Part shown: positions 28,155 through 37,004 of the stretch, one piece after another
Numbering within the stretch: position 1 is the stretch's first letter
Layout of the letters: every line of letters begins with the position of its first letter
Assembly (NCBI GenBank): GCA_965243025.1
Contig: CBDETY010000003.1
Span: 6,592,001-6,656,000 of the forward strand
From: Candidatus Latescibacterota bacterium
GTDB lineage: Bacteria > Latescibacterota > UBA2968 > UBA8231
Direction: 5' to 3'
DNA length: 64,000 nucleotides
Position numbers and translations under genes: made by a program
Notes under the pieces: generated by a model
The model's database searches: none
What the model saw: only the letters and a program-made list of their open reading frames with translations
What the model was told of the DNA's origin: nothing

Positions 28155-29048
28155 ATGCTGTTCAACCCCGCCTTCCTGCTGATCCAGCTCCTCAACTCCC
28201 TGTCCCTGGGGATGAACCTGTTCATCATCGCCTCGGGACTGTCGCTGATCTTCGGGGTGCTGCGGATCGTCAACTTCGCCCACGGCGCCTTCTTCATGGT
28301 CGGGGCCTACGCCTGCTACGCGGTAGTCGCGCAGACCGCCTCGACCCCGGGGGCCTTCTGGATCGGGGTCGCCGCGGCGGCCGCCCTGCTGGCGCTGCTG
28401 GCGGTTGCCATCGAACGCCTGCTGCTGCGCCATCTCTACGGCCGCGAGCCGCTGATGCAGCTGCTGTTCACCTTCGCCCTCGTGCTGCTGGCCGGCGACG
28501 CCGTAAAGATGATCTGGGGCCCCGACCAGCACAGCGTGCCGTATCCGCCAGGCCTGGACGGGGCCGTAAACCTCGGCATCACCCGCTATCCGTCGTACCT
28601 GCTCTTCCTGTGCGCCGCGGGGCCTGTGGTGGCGGCGATGCTGTGGCTGCTGGTCGAGCGCAGCCCCTGGGGCCGGCTGATCAAGGCGGCGGCGCACGAC
28701 CGCGAAATGCTGTCGGCTCTCGGGGTCAACGTTCCCCTCGTTTACACCCTGGTGTTCGCCGCCGGCTCGGCGCTGGCCGGAATCGGCGGCGCCCTCGCCG
28801 CCCCCCGGATCGCCGTCGCCCCGGGCATGGATGCGACCCTGATCGTCGAGTGCTTCATCATCGTCATCATCGGCGGACTGGGGTCGCTCAGGGGCAGCTT
28901 CATCGGCGCCCTCGTCCTCGGTTTCGTCATCACCTTCGGGTCCGTGGTCGCCCCCGAGGTCGAGCTGGTTCTCCCGTACGTGCTGATGCTGGGGATCCTG
29001 CTGTGGCGGCCGTACGGGCTCTTCGGCAGGCCGGAGGAAGCCAAATGA
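28155..29048 (+). CDS. livH: ABC transporter permease (LivH family)
   Basis: GLSLIFG...IVNFAHG, IIGGLGS and RPYGLFG motifs. Confidence 0.92.
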   Translation: MLFNPAFLLIQLLNSLSLGMNLFIIASGLSLIFGVLRIVNFAHGAFFMVGAYACYAVVAQTASTPGAFWIGVAAAAALLALLAVAIERLLLRHLYGREPLMQLLFTFALVLLAGDAVKMIWGPDQHSVPYPPGLDGAVNLGITRYPSYLLFLCAAGPVVAAMLWLLVERSPWGRLIKAAAHDREMLSALGVNVPLVYTLVFAAGSALAGIGGALAAPRIAVAPGMDATLIVECFIIVIIGGLGSLRGSFIGALVLGFVITFGSVVAPEVELVLPYVLMLGILLWRPYGLFGRPEEAK

Positions 29049-29959
29049 GGCCTGCACACCTGCTAGCCGCGGGGGCGCTGGTTCTCGCCGGCGTTCCCCT
29101 GACCGGGTCGGACTACCTGGTCGACCTGACGACGGAAATCGCCATTTACGTCCTCTTCGCCACCAGCCTCAACGTTCTCGTGGGGTACGCCGGCAACGTC
29201 TCCTTCGGCCACGCCGCCTACTTCGCCATCGGCGGGTACGGCTGCGCCATCCTTCTGACCACCTGTGACTGGCCCCTCTACGCCAGCCTCCCGGCCGCGG
29301 TTCTGTTCAGCGCCGTGTGCGCCGCGGCGGTCGGTTTCTTCTGCGTGCGGCTCACAGACATCTACTTCGCCATGCTGACCCTGGCCTTCGCCATGCTGGT
29401 CTGGTCGGTCGCCTTCAAGTGGCGCTCGCTGACCGGGGGGGACGACGGCTTCGTCGGGGTCACCCTGCCGCAGGCGCTGACCTCGCGGGCGCTCTTCTAC
29501 TACTTCTGCCAGGCTCTGGTCTGGGGATCGGTCGCCGCCCTGTGGCGGATCTGCCGCTCGCCCTTCGGGAGGGTGCTGACGGCGATCCGGGAGAACCCCG
29601 GCCGCGCGGAGTTCCTCGGCGTCGACACCCGCCTGATGAGATGGGCGGCCTTCGTCGTGGCCGGGACCTTCGCCGGCCTGGCCGGCGCCCTGTTCGCCAT
29701 GTACAACCGCGGTGTGTACGTCGAATCGGCGTTCTGGCCGGAGTCGGCCCAGGTACTGATCATGGTGCTGCTCGGGGGCATGTACTCCTTCCTGGGCCCG
29801 GCGCTCGGGGCCGCGGTCCTCTACCTGCTCGAGCAGCTCGCCAACCAGGTCACCGAGTACTGGCCCGGGGTTCTGGGGGTCATTCTGATCGCCGTCGTGC
29901 TCGCCGCCCCCGAGGGGCTCGCCGGGCTGGCGCGCCGCTGGCGCCGCCGCGGAGACTGA
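29045..29959 (+). CDS. livM: ABC transporter permease (LivM family)
   Basis: G..SFGHAA.F..GGY, YFAMLTLAF, TGG.DG and SPFGR.L.AIREN motifs. Confidence 0.92.
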   Translation: MRPAHLLAAGALVLAGVPLTGSDYLVDLTTEIAIYVLFATSLNVLVGYAGNVSFGHAAYFAIGGYGCAILLTTCDWPLYASLPAAVLFSAVCAAAVGFFCVRLTDIYFAMLTLAFAMLVWSVAFKWRSLTGGDDGFVGVTLPQALTSRALFYYFCQALVWGSVAALWRICRSPFGRVLTAIRENPGRAEFLGVDTRLMRWAAFVVAGTFAGLAGALFAMYNRGVYVESAFWPESAQVLIMVLLGGMYSFLGPALGAAVLYLLEQLANQVTEYWPGVLGVILIAVVLAAPEGLAGLARRWRRRGD

Positions 29960-29963
29960 AGCG

Positions 29964-30713
29964 GTGCTCGAGATCGAGAACCTCAACAAGAGCTTCGACG
30001 GCTTCACCGCGGTCGGGGAGGTCAGCCTGACGGTGGCGCGGGGGGAAACGCACGCCGTCATCGGACCCAACGGCGCCGGCAAGACGACGCTGTTCAACCT
30101 CGTCACCGGCCACCTGCAACCGGACCGGGGCAGGGTGAGTTTCTTCGGGCACCCCCTCACCGGGTTGCCCCCCCACGAGATCGTGCGCCTCGGCGTCGTC
30201 CGGTCGTTCCAGAGCATCAACATATTCCCGCGGCTGACGGTCGCCGCCAACGTCGAGGCCGCGGTGATCGCGCAGCAGGGCAGGCAGCTGCGCCTTTTCG
30301 GGAGCACGGGTAAAGCCTGGAGCCTTGCGAAGGAGCTGCTGTCGGTGGTGGGACTGGGGGGAGAAGGGGGGCGGGTCGCCGGCGAGCTCGCCTACGGACA
30401 GCAGAAGCAGCTCGAGCTGGCCCTCGCCCTCGCCCTGGAACCGCACATGCTGCTGCTCGACGAGCCGACGGCCGGCATGTCCGCGGAAGAGACGAGGCAG
30501 ACCATCGGGCTGATCAAGCGCATCGTCGAGGCGCGCGGGCTCAGCCTGCTGTTCACCGAGCACGACATGGAGGTGGTGTTCGGCATAGCCGACCGCATAT
30601 CCGTGCTGCACCACGGCGAGCTGATCGCCTCGGGAGAGCCGCAGGAGATCCGCGCCGACCCGAAGGTCAGGGCCGTGTACCTGGGAGAAGAGGAATGGCC
30701 CGGCTCGCAGTAA
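29964..30713 (+). CDS. livG: ABC transporter ATP-binding protein (LivG family)
   Basis: GPNGAGKTT, RSFQ, LLLDEPTAG, EHDM and YLG motifs. Confidence 0.93.
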   Translation: MLEIENLNKSFDGFTAVGEVSLTVARGETHAVIGPNGAGKTTLFNLVTGHLQPDRGRVSFFGHPLTGLPPHEIVRLGVVRSFQSINIFPRLTVAANVEAAVIAQQGRQLRLFGSTGKAWSLAKELLSVVGLGGEGGRVAGELAYGQQKQLELALALALEPHMLLLDEPTAGMSAEETRQTIGLIKRIVEARGLSLLFTEHDMEVVFGIADRISVLHHGELIASGEPQEIRADPKVRAVYLGEEEWPGSQ

Positions 30714-31393
30714 CCGGTCTCCATGTCTCCTACGGCCTCAGCCGCGTCCTGTCCGGGGTGAGCTTCGAAGTCGGGGAGGGGGAGGTGGTGGGCCTGATGG
30801 GGCGCAACGGCGCCGGCAAGACCACGACCTTGCGCAGCATCATGGGCCTGACCCCCGCCCACCGCGGGCGGGTCGAGTGGAACGGCAGGGACGTCACCGC
30901 GGCCGCGACTCACAGGATCGCCCGCCTGGGGATCGGCTACGTGCCGGAGGAGCGGAGGATTTTCCCGGGACTGAGCCTGGAGGAGAACCTGCAGATCGCC
31001 AGAAGGCCCGGGAAAAAGCAGCGGGACCCGGATTCGGTGTACGAGCTGTTTCCCGATCTGCGCGACCTCGCCGGGCGGCCGGGCGGAGTTCTCAGCGGCG
31101 GGCAGCAGCAACTGCTGGCGATCGCCCGCAGCCTCGTCGGAAGCCCGAAGCTTCTGCTGCTCGACGAGCCGTCGGAGGGGTTGGCGCCGATGGTGGTCAG
31201 GTCGATTCAGGAGCAGCTCGCCAATCTGAGGGAGACCGGGCTTTCCATACTGCTGGCGGAGCAGAACCCGCAGTTCGCGCTCGCCCTGAGCGACCGGGTG
31301 CACGTGATGGAACGGGGCGAGATCCGCTATTCGGCGACAGCGGCGGAACTGAAGGAAGACGACTCCCGGTTGAGGGAGTACCTGGCGGTTTAG
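30695..31393 (+). CDS. livF: ABC transporter ATP-binding protein (LivF family)
   Basis: GRNGAGKTT, VPE.RRIF, LSGGQQQ, LLLDEPSEGLAP and EQN motifs. Confidence 0.93.
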   Translation: MARLAVTGLHVSYGLSRVLSGVSFEVGEGEVVGLMGRNGAGKTTTLRSIMGLTPAHRGRVEWNGRDVTAAATHRIARLGIGYVPEERRIFPGLSLEENLQIARRPGKKQRDPDSVYELFPDLRDLAGRPGGVLSGGQQQLLAIARSLVGSPKLLLLDEPSEGLAPMVVRSIQEQLANLRETGLSILLAEQNPQFALALSDRVHVMERGEIRYSATAAELKEDDSRLREYLAV

Positions 31394-32271
31394 GGTTCGA
31401 GTGAGGCCTTGATGCGAGCCCACGAGACGGACTCCACGGCGCTCCCTGCCGATCCACCAACAGGAATGAGAAGCCCATCGGCGAACTGGTCCGGCCCCTG
31501 CTTGACCTCCCGGTTTAAAGGCGGGATAACGAAAACTCCCGTGTCGTTGCTGTCGATATCAAAGACAACCACTACCAGCCCGATTATCCCTTCGGGCCGC
31601 AATTCCGAGATCGCGGTTTCCTCCCTGCTTTCGGGAACCAGGCGGTCGAAAGGGGTGACGTACATCTCCGTCATCCAGACAAATGGGCTATCCCCATAGA
31701 TTGCCCCGCCCACGTCCGCGAAGGGGGGCTCGCTGAACCAGCAACATTCCTCCGGTGGAACTTCGGAAAGCATACTTACCGCGGGTTCTCTACCGTAGCT
31801 CAAGGGTCCGCCATCGAACAACTGGACACCCTGCCACAGGGTATCAAACCCTTCTTCTCCTTTTACGAAGGAAGTGAAAACTCCGCCGGAATGATCGCCG
31901 TCGATCTCCAACCTGACATAGCCGTCCGAAAACCCATCACCCAAGTCGACAAAATCATCGTCCACTCCTTCTGCAGCAATGTAGACCCGGTTGAGCCTTT
32001 GGTGCCATGCCAGCCATATGCGGAAGTCGAGGTCGGAGGGATTATACTCCTCACCAAACGTGGAGCCGAAATCCGGCGTCAGATCAAGACCTGTCAGAGA
32101 AGGTTCACCAATTACGGTAAGCCAGTCGCCTATCTCTCCGTCATGGATATCGATCTCGGAGAGCAGTTCGTCCGGTATCTCGAATATGGGCACCACGCGT
32201 TCGCCCACATGACCTGAGCATAAGGAAGCAGTAACTGCAAGCAGGGTAATTGTCCGAAAGATATCCCGCAT
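31390..32271 (-). CDS. Exported CBM9/DOMON-like protein with C-terminal SWARIK motif (paralog 2)
   Basis: Closely similar to 18668..19591 in protein and DNA; DGDHSGG; ends AVESVSWARIKASLEP. Confidence 0.78.
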   Translation of the reverse strand: MRDIFRTITLLAVTASLCSGHVGERVVPIFEIPDELLSEIDIHDGEIGDWLTVIGEPSLTGLDLTPDFGSTFGEEYNPSDLDFRIWLAWHQRLNRVYIAAEGVDDDFVDLGDGFSDGYVRLEIDGDHSGGVFTSFVKGEEGFDTLWQGVQLFDGGPLSYGREPAVSMLSEVPPEECCWFSEPPFADVGGAIYGDSPFVWMTEMYVTPFDRLVPESREETAISELRPEGIIGLVVVVFDIDSNDTGVFVIPPLNREVKQGPDQFADGLLIPVGGSAGSAVESVSWARIKASLEP

Positions 32272-32298
32272 TGTTATCCGGCTGCCCAAGACATTCGG

Positions 32299-33204
32299 TC
32301 AGGGTTGGAGTGAGGCTTTTATGCGTCCCCATGAGATTGACTGTACCGAGCTTGCCACTGTTTCATCAGCAGGCACGAGTAGCCCATCAGCAAAATAGTC
32401 CGGGCCAAGGGGGTCAGCCGATGGAAATGAAAACCGTGAATCGGTCGTTGAGTTGGGGGGAGTTGTCTTTGGGGCGTCGTCGTCCAGAACTCCCAGCCTG
32501 AACCCTATCACATTGCCTGGAGAGAGCAACGATCTTTCTGTTTTCTCCTGGCTCGCGGGAATCAATCGGTCGAATGGAGTGACATACATTTCCGTTATCC
32601 AGATTGCTGGATTTTCACCAGCTACTGAACCGGCCCCATCAGCAAAGGGAGGTTCCCCGAACCAACAACACTCTTCTTCAAACGTTAACTTGGTCCACCC
32701 AACAAAAACGGGGGGATCTTCCAGGCTGCTGTAGGGGTTTGCGCTGAAAAACTGGTTTTCCTCAGACAAGCTCGCGAGGTCTTCTTTATCGGGGCCGGGC
32801 GGTCCGTAGATTCCGCCGGAATGATCAGCGTCTATCTCCAGGTTTGTTGCACCATCGAGCGCAACCTCACCGTCAGCGGGTACAACATGAACTTCATCGG
32901 CACCCTGCACGGCGAGGTATACATGGCTGGTTCTCCTGTGCCAAGCCAACCATAATCGGAAGTCGAAATCAGGGGGATTGTATGGCTGCCCAAGAAAAAC
33001 CACAAAGTCGAGTGCCGTAAGCGTAGGCTCCCCGACAACCTCGACCCAGTCTTCAATGGATCCATCATGTATATCAATCTGTTCAACCATTTCGTCAGTT
33101 AGTTCGAATATGGGTACTATTCGCGTGCCAAAGTGGCCCCGACATATCGATGCAGATGCGGTGATTACAACCAGTAGAATTAGGGGTCTGAAAGTCGAAG
33201 TCAT
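32299..33204 (-). CDS. Exported CBM9/DOMON-like protein with C-terminal SWGRIK motif (paralog 3)
   Basis: Signal peptide; DADHSGG and EMYVTPFD; ends SVQSISWGRIKASLQP. Confidence 0.78.
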   Translation of the reverse strand: MTSTFRPLILLVVITASASICRGHFGTRIVPIFELTDEMVEQIDIHDGSIEDWVEVVGEPTLTALDFVVFLGQPYNPPDFDFRLWLAWHRRTSHVYLAVQGADEVHVVPADGEVALDGATNLEIDADHSGGIYGPPGPDKEDLASLSEENQFFSANPYSSLEDPPVFVGWTKLTFEEECCWFGEPPFADGAGSVAGENPAIWITEMYVTPFDRLIPASQEKTERSLLSPGNVIGFRLGVLDDDAPKTTPPNSTTDSRFSFPSADPLGPDYFADGLLVPADETVASSVQSISWGRIKASLQP

Positions 33205-33293
33205 TTTCGTTTCACCTTAACCCGAACGTCCTTGGGTTGATCCTGCTGTTCTCCGAGAGGAGTGCCTTTTCTTGAGCGGGAGCAACACGCCGT

Positions 33294-34697
33294 TTAGAAA
33301 CCGGTCGTCGGCCTGGGGCCGACGTCGACGGAGAGGGCGAGCCGGTTGAAGCTGGCGAGCATCAGCTCCGCCTTGACGCCGGCGAGCCGCGGGTCGTCCC
33401 AGCGGTTGTCGAACTCTCCCGGATCCTCCTGCAGGTCGTAGAGGCGTCCGGTGTTGCGGTTGTGGTGGACGATCAGCTTGTAGCGCCGGTCGCGGATCAT
33501 GGTTGCATAGCTGCCCTCGAAGGTGGGGCGCAGGTGCGGGGACAGGGTCTGGTCGCGGAAGTACTCGCAGTGCACCCGGTCGCGGTGCTCGTCGGCGGTC
33601 CCCTCGAGCAGCCCGTTCAGCGAGGTCCCCTGCATTCGGGGAGGCCGCTCCACTCCGGCGTGCTCGAGCAGGGTAGGAGCCAGGTCGATCAGCTCGACCA
33701 GGGCGTCGCTCACCCGGCCGCCGTGGAAGCGCCCCGGCCATGACAGGATCAGCGGCACGCGCACCGAGGCTTCGAAGAAGGCGCACCCCTTGTTGGTGTG
33801 AAACCCGTGGTCGCCGAGCAGCTCGCCGTGGTCGGAGGTGAAGATGACGATGGTGTCGTCGCGCTGGCCCGCCTCCTCCAGGGCGTCGAGCAGGCGCCCG
33901 ACGTTGTGGTCGATCAGCTCGATCATGGCGTAGTAGGCAGCCTTTATCCGCCGGCCTCCAAGCTCTGCGGGCGGCAGCGGCGGTTCGGCGAAGCCGTCCA
34001 CCCCGGCGAACGGCCGGTGGGCGTCGACGTCGGAATCCCGCCACAGCGGCCCGGGCAGGCTGTCGGGATCGTAGCGGCGCAGGTACTCCCCCGGAGGGTC
34101 GAACGGCGGGTGGGGGTCGAAGGGGTTGACGCTGAACATCCACGGCCCGTCCCGCTCTTCCCGGATGAAATCGATCGCCCTGTCGGCGCACCAGGACGTC
34201 TGGTGCAGCTCCGGAGGCATGGTCTCCGGTGCCTCGTTGAAGGCGCCGAGGTCGTGACCCTGCCCTTTCAGCCAGTCGGCGTACTCGTGGCCCTCCTCCC
34301 AGCGGTCGATGGAGTCGTGGCTCCAGTGGAACACGCGGTAGCCGTCGTCGCCGCGGGGCTCGATGCGCCCCTGGGCCCCGGCGAGGTGGAGCTTTCCAGA
34401 AAGGCCGCAGTCGTAGCCGGCGTCGGCGAGCAGCCTGGGGAGAAGCGGCGCGGCCCCTGCCCAGTAGTCGTTGCCGTTCATGCAGGCGCGCACGCTTCCC
34501 GGGTACATGCCGGTGAGAAAGCTGGCGCGGCTCGGCGTGCAGACCGGGCATTGGGCGAAGGCGTGGGTGAAAGCGACTCCCTCGGCGGCCAGGCGGTCGA
34601 TGTTGGGGGTGTCGATCCTGTCGTTGCCGAGGCAGCCGATGGTGTCCCAGCGCTGCTGGTCGGTGCAGATCCAGAGGATGTTGGGTCGGTCCGGCAT
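33294..34697 (-). CDS. Sulfatase (formylglycine-dependent, Cys-type)
   Basis: PNIL.I.TDQ, CTPSRAS.LTG, GKLH, PHPP, FTSDHG and LYDL..DP.E motifs. Confidence 0.94.
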   Translation of the reverse strand: MPDRPNILWICTDQQRWDTIGCLGNDRIDTPNIDRLAAEGVAFTHAFAQCPVCTPSRASFLTGMYPGSVRACMNGNDYWAGAAPLLPRLLADAGYDCGLSGKLHLAGAQGRIEPRGDDGYRVFHWSHDSIDRWEEGHEYADWLKGQGHDLGAFNEAPETMPPELHQTSWCADRAIDFIREERDGPWMFSVNPFDPHPPFDPPGEYLRRYDPDSLPGPLWRDSDVDAHRPFAGVDGFAEPPLPPAELGGRRIKAAYYAMIELIDHNVGRLLDALEEAGQRDDTIVIFTSDHGELLGDHGFHTNKGCAFFEASVRVPLILSWPGRFHGGRVSDALVELIDLAPTLLEHAGVERPPRMQGTSLNGLLEGTADEHRDRVHCEYFRDQTLSPHLRPTFEGSYATMIRDRRYKLIVHHNRNTGRLYDLQEDPGEFDNRWDDPRLAGVKAELMLASFNRLALSVDVGPRPTTGF

Positions 34698-35044
34698 GAG
34701 GGTTGACTCCGGGATTTCGAGGGCTTTTCGGGTTCCTGGCCGACTGCTTTGCAGTCCCACTCCGCTCCGGTTCAGACAAGGTCTCGACAGGGCGACGCGA
34801 ATGACCGGGTGCGAAACAGGCTTGCAGGACGGTCGGCGTTTGCGATACTCGAAGGATCGCCTGAAATTCGCCCGAAGCAGACTTCCCGCAGCCGGATGGG
34901 AAGCGGATCCCCGGACTGGGAATCCCCGGACGAACCTGCTTTACCCCACCCGGTCCGACCGATTCTGCCGCCGCCGCGAAGCCATGGCCTGAGCGGGCTG
35001 TAAAGCGGGCAGGTCAACCTAACGATCATACCCCGGAGAGAGAA

Positions 35045-35893
35045 ATGGCCACCTCGAAATCCCGCAGCAAGGGAAAGAAACCGCTGCTGATCCTGTTGTC
35101 CCCGGCCAAGTCGCTCGACTTCGAGACCCCGGCTCCCGCCGGGAAGGCCGGAGTCCCGCGCTTCCTGAAGCAGCAGACCGCGGAGCTCGCCGGCGTACTC
35201 AAGGAGAAAACCGCGGTCGAGCTCGCCGGCCTGATGAGCCTGAGCGGAAGGCTGGCGGACCTGAACTTCCGGCGCAACCAGAGCTTCGATGCGGCCGTCA
35301 TCGAGAAGCAGGCCGGGCGGAAAGCCGGCCCCGCCGCAACCCCGCTTCCGGCAAAGCAGGCCCTTTGGGCCTTCACCGGGGACGTGTACCAGGGGTTCGA
35401 CGCCGGGTCCCTGAAGGCCGGGGGAATCGACCGCGCCCAGGAGAGGGTCCGCATCCTGTCCGGTCTGTACGGGTTTCTCAAACCCCTCGACCTGATGCTG
35501 CCCTACCGGCTGGAGATGGGCACGAAGCTCGAGAATCCGAGAGGCAGGGACCTCTACCAGTTCTGGGGCAGCGCCATCACCGAGGGGCTCGCCGAGGAGA
35601 ATCCTGCCTGGGTCTGCAACCTCGCCAGCCAGGAGTACTACCGGTCGGTGCGCGAGAAGGAGCTGCCCTGTCCGGTGGTGCACCCGGTCTTCAAGGACGA
35701 GTCGAAGGGAGAGTTCAAGGTCCTGGGGATGTTCGCCAAGTACGCGCGCGGACTGATGGCGCGCTGGCTCGTCGACAACGACCTCAGGGAAGCGGAGGGT
35801 CTGCGCGGCTTCCACGCCGGCGGGTACGAGTTCAGCGAGCCGGAGTCGACCCCTGCCAAGCCGGTGTTCAAACGCCCGGCTGCGGCGAGGTGA
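35045..35893 (+). CDS. yaaA: Peroxide stress protein YaaA
   Basis: LLSPAK.LD, F.GDVY, ILSGLYG.L.PLD...YRLEMG, NLAS.EY and AK.ARG.M motifs. Confidence 0.93.
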   Translation: MATSKSRSKGKKPLLILLSPAKSLDFETPAPAGKAGVPRFLKQQTAELAGVLKEKTAVELAGLMSLSGRLADLNFRRNQSFDAAVIEKQAGRKAGPAATPLPAKQALWAFTGDVYQGFDAGSLKAGGIDRAQERVRILSGLYGFLKPLDLMLPYRLEMGTKLENPRGRDLYQFWGSAITEGLAEENPAWVCNLASQEYYRSVREKELPCPVVHPVFKDESKGEFKVLGMFAKYARGLMARWLVDNDLREAEGLRGFHAGGYEFSEPESTPAKPVFKRPAAAR

Positions 35894-36092
35894 GGGCGAA
35901 CGGTGGACCTGCCGACCCTCGACGGCGCGGCGATCCCGTTCCCCCGAACGCGGTTTCCGCAGCCACCCCAGGCCCGGGATGAACCTCGATGACGGAAATC
36001 CCTGCAGGGGATGTCGTCGGAGTCCCTCCATACCGAACTGCAGAAACCGGCGCGAGCCGTTGGCGCGATGAAATGACAGGAGGGTTGCAGGG

Positions 36093-36962
36093 ATGACCGA
36101 AGCGATCGGGAAACCGGATCCGGGATACCGCTACGAGTTCTCCACCGGGGAGCTCGACCCGATGTCGGCCTGCCTCGAAGCGCACGGCTACGCGATCGTC
36201 AAGGATGTGCTGCCGGACCACATCGTCGCCGGACTCAGGAAGGCGGTGTGGGACGGCACGGACCCGGACCGCACCCTGGGGCCGGGGGAGTCGCGGACGC
36301 GCCACGCCTGGATCGAGTCGGGGCCGGGGGCCTGGTCGCTGCTCGAGTACGAGCCCTTCATGGAGATCCACCGGCACCTGATCGGCACGGACGAGCTGAC
36401 CGTTCACCGCTCCGCGGCCATCATCCGCATGCCCGGGTCGGAGCCGGTCCGCTGGCACACCGACTGGTGCGGGTTCTCCGAGGGGCCGCCGAAGAACTCC
36501 GGCGACGTCCTCAACCGCGGCCTGTGGCCCTCGGGAAAGTGGTTCTACATCACCGGGTCGCGTCCGGTCCACGGAGGTCTCTGCGTCGTCGAGGATTCCC
36601 ACCTCGAGGGCTGGGAGGGCCCGGAAGGGTTCGCGCTGACCCGCGACCGCCGCTCGTTCTTTCCCGAGGGGGAAGAGGAAGCGAGCTACGACGGCTTCGA
36701 GATCCCGGGGCTCATTCCCCTTTTCACCGACCCGGGCGACATGATCGTCTTCGCTCACCGCACCTTTCACGGGGCCTTTGCCAACAACCTCGACGAGGTC
36801 CGGCTGTCCTGCGCCATCGGCTTTCGCGACCGCAATCACCGCATCGAGGTTCCCTGGGAGATACCGGAGAGCGGTCAGCGGTTCCTGGCCGGGTTGCCGG
36901 CGCACCTGCAGCGGTACGTCGACGGGTACACCAGCATCGATCTCGCCTGGAGGGGGGCGTAG
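36093..36962 (+). CDS. Phytanoyl-CoA dioxygenase (PhyH) family protein
   Basis: GYAIVKDVL, WHTD, GGL.VV..SH and PGD...F...TFHGA..N....R motifs. Confidence 0.88.
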   Translation: MTEAIGKPDPGYRYEFSTGELDPMSACLEAHGYAIVKDVLPDHIVAGLRKAVWDGTDPDRTLGPGESRTRHAWIESGPGAWSLLEYEPFMEIHRHLIGTDELTVHRSAAIIRMPGSEPVRWHTDWCGFSEGPPKNSGDVLNRGLWPSGKWFYITGSRPVHGGLCVVEDSHLEGWEGPEGFALTRDRRSFFPEGEEEASYDGFEIPGLIPLFTDPGDMIVFAHRTFHGAFANNLDEVRLSCAIGFRDRNHRIEVPWEIPESGQRFLAGLPAHLQRYVDGYTSIDLAWRGA

Positions 36963-37004
36963 GCTCTACTCCCCGGGTCAGGCAGGCCGGCTGCGGGGAT
37001 GGCT

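Noticed and set aside
31390-33293. Integron cassette array or DGR target explanation for the tandem lower-GC paralogs
   Set aside because: The 27-bp spacer is too short for an attC site. There is no integrase or reverse transcriptase in the window and no adenine-specific TR/VR pair.
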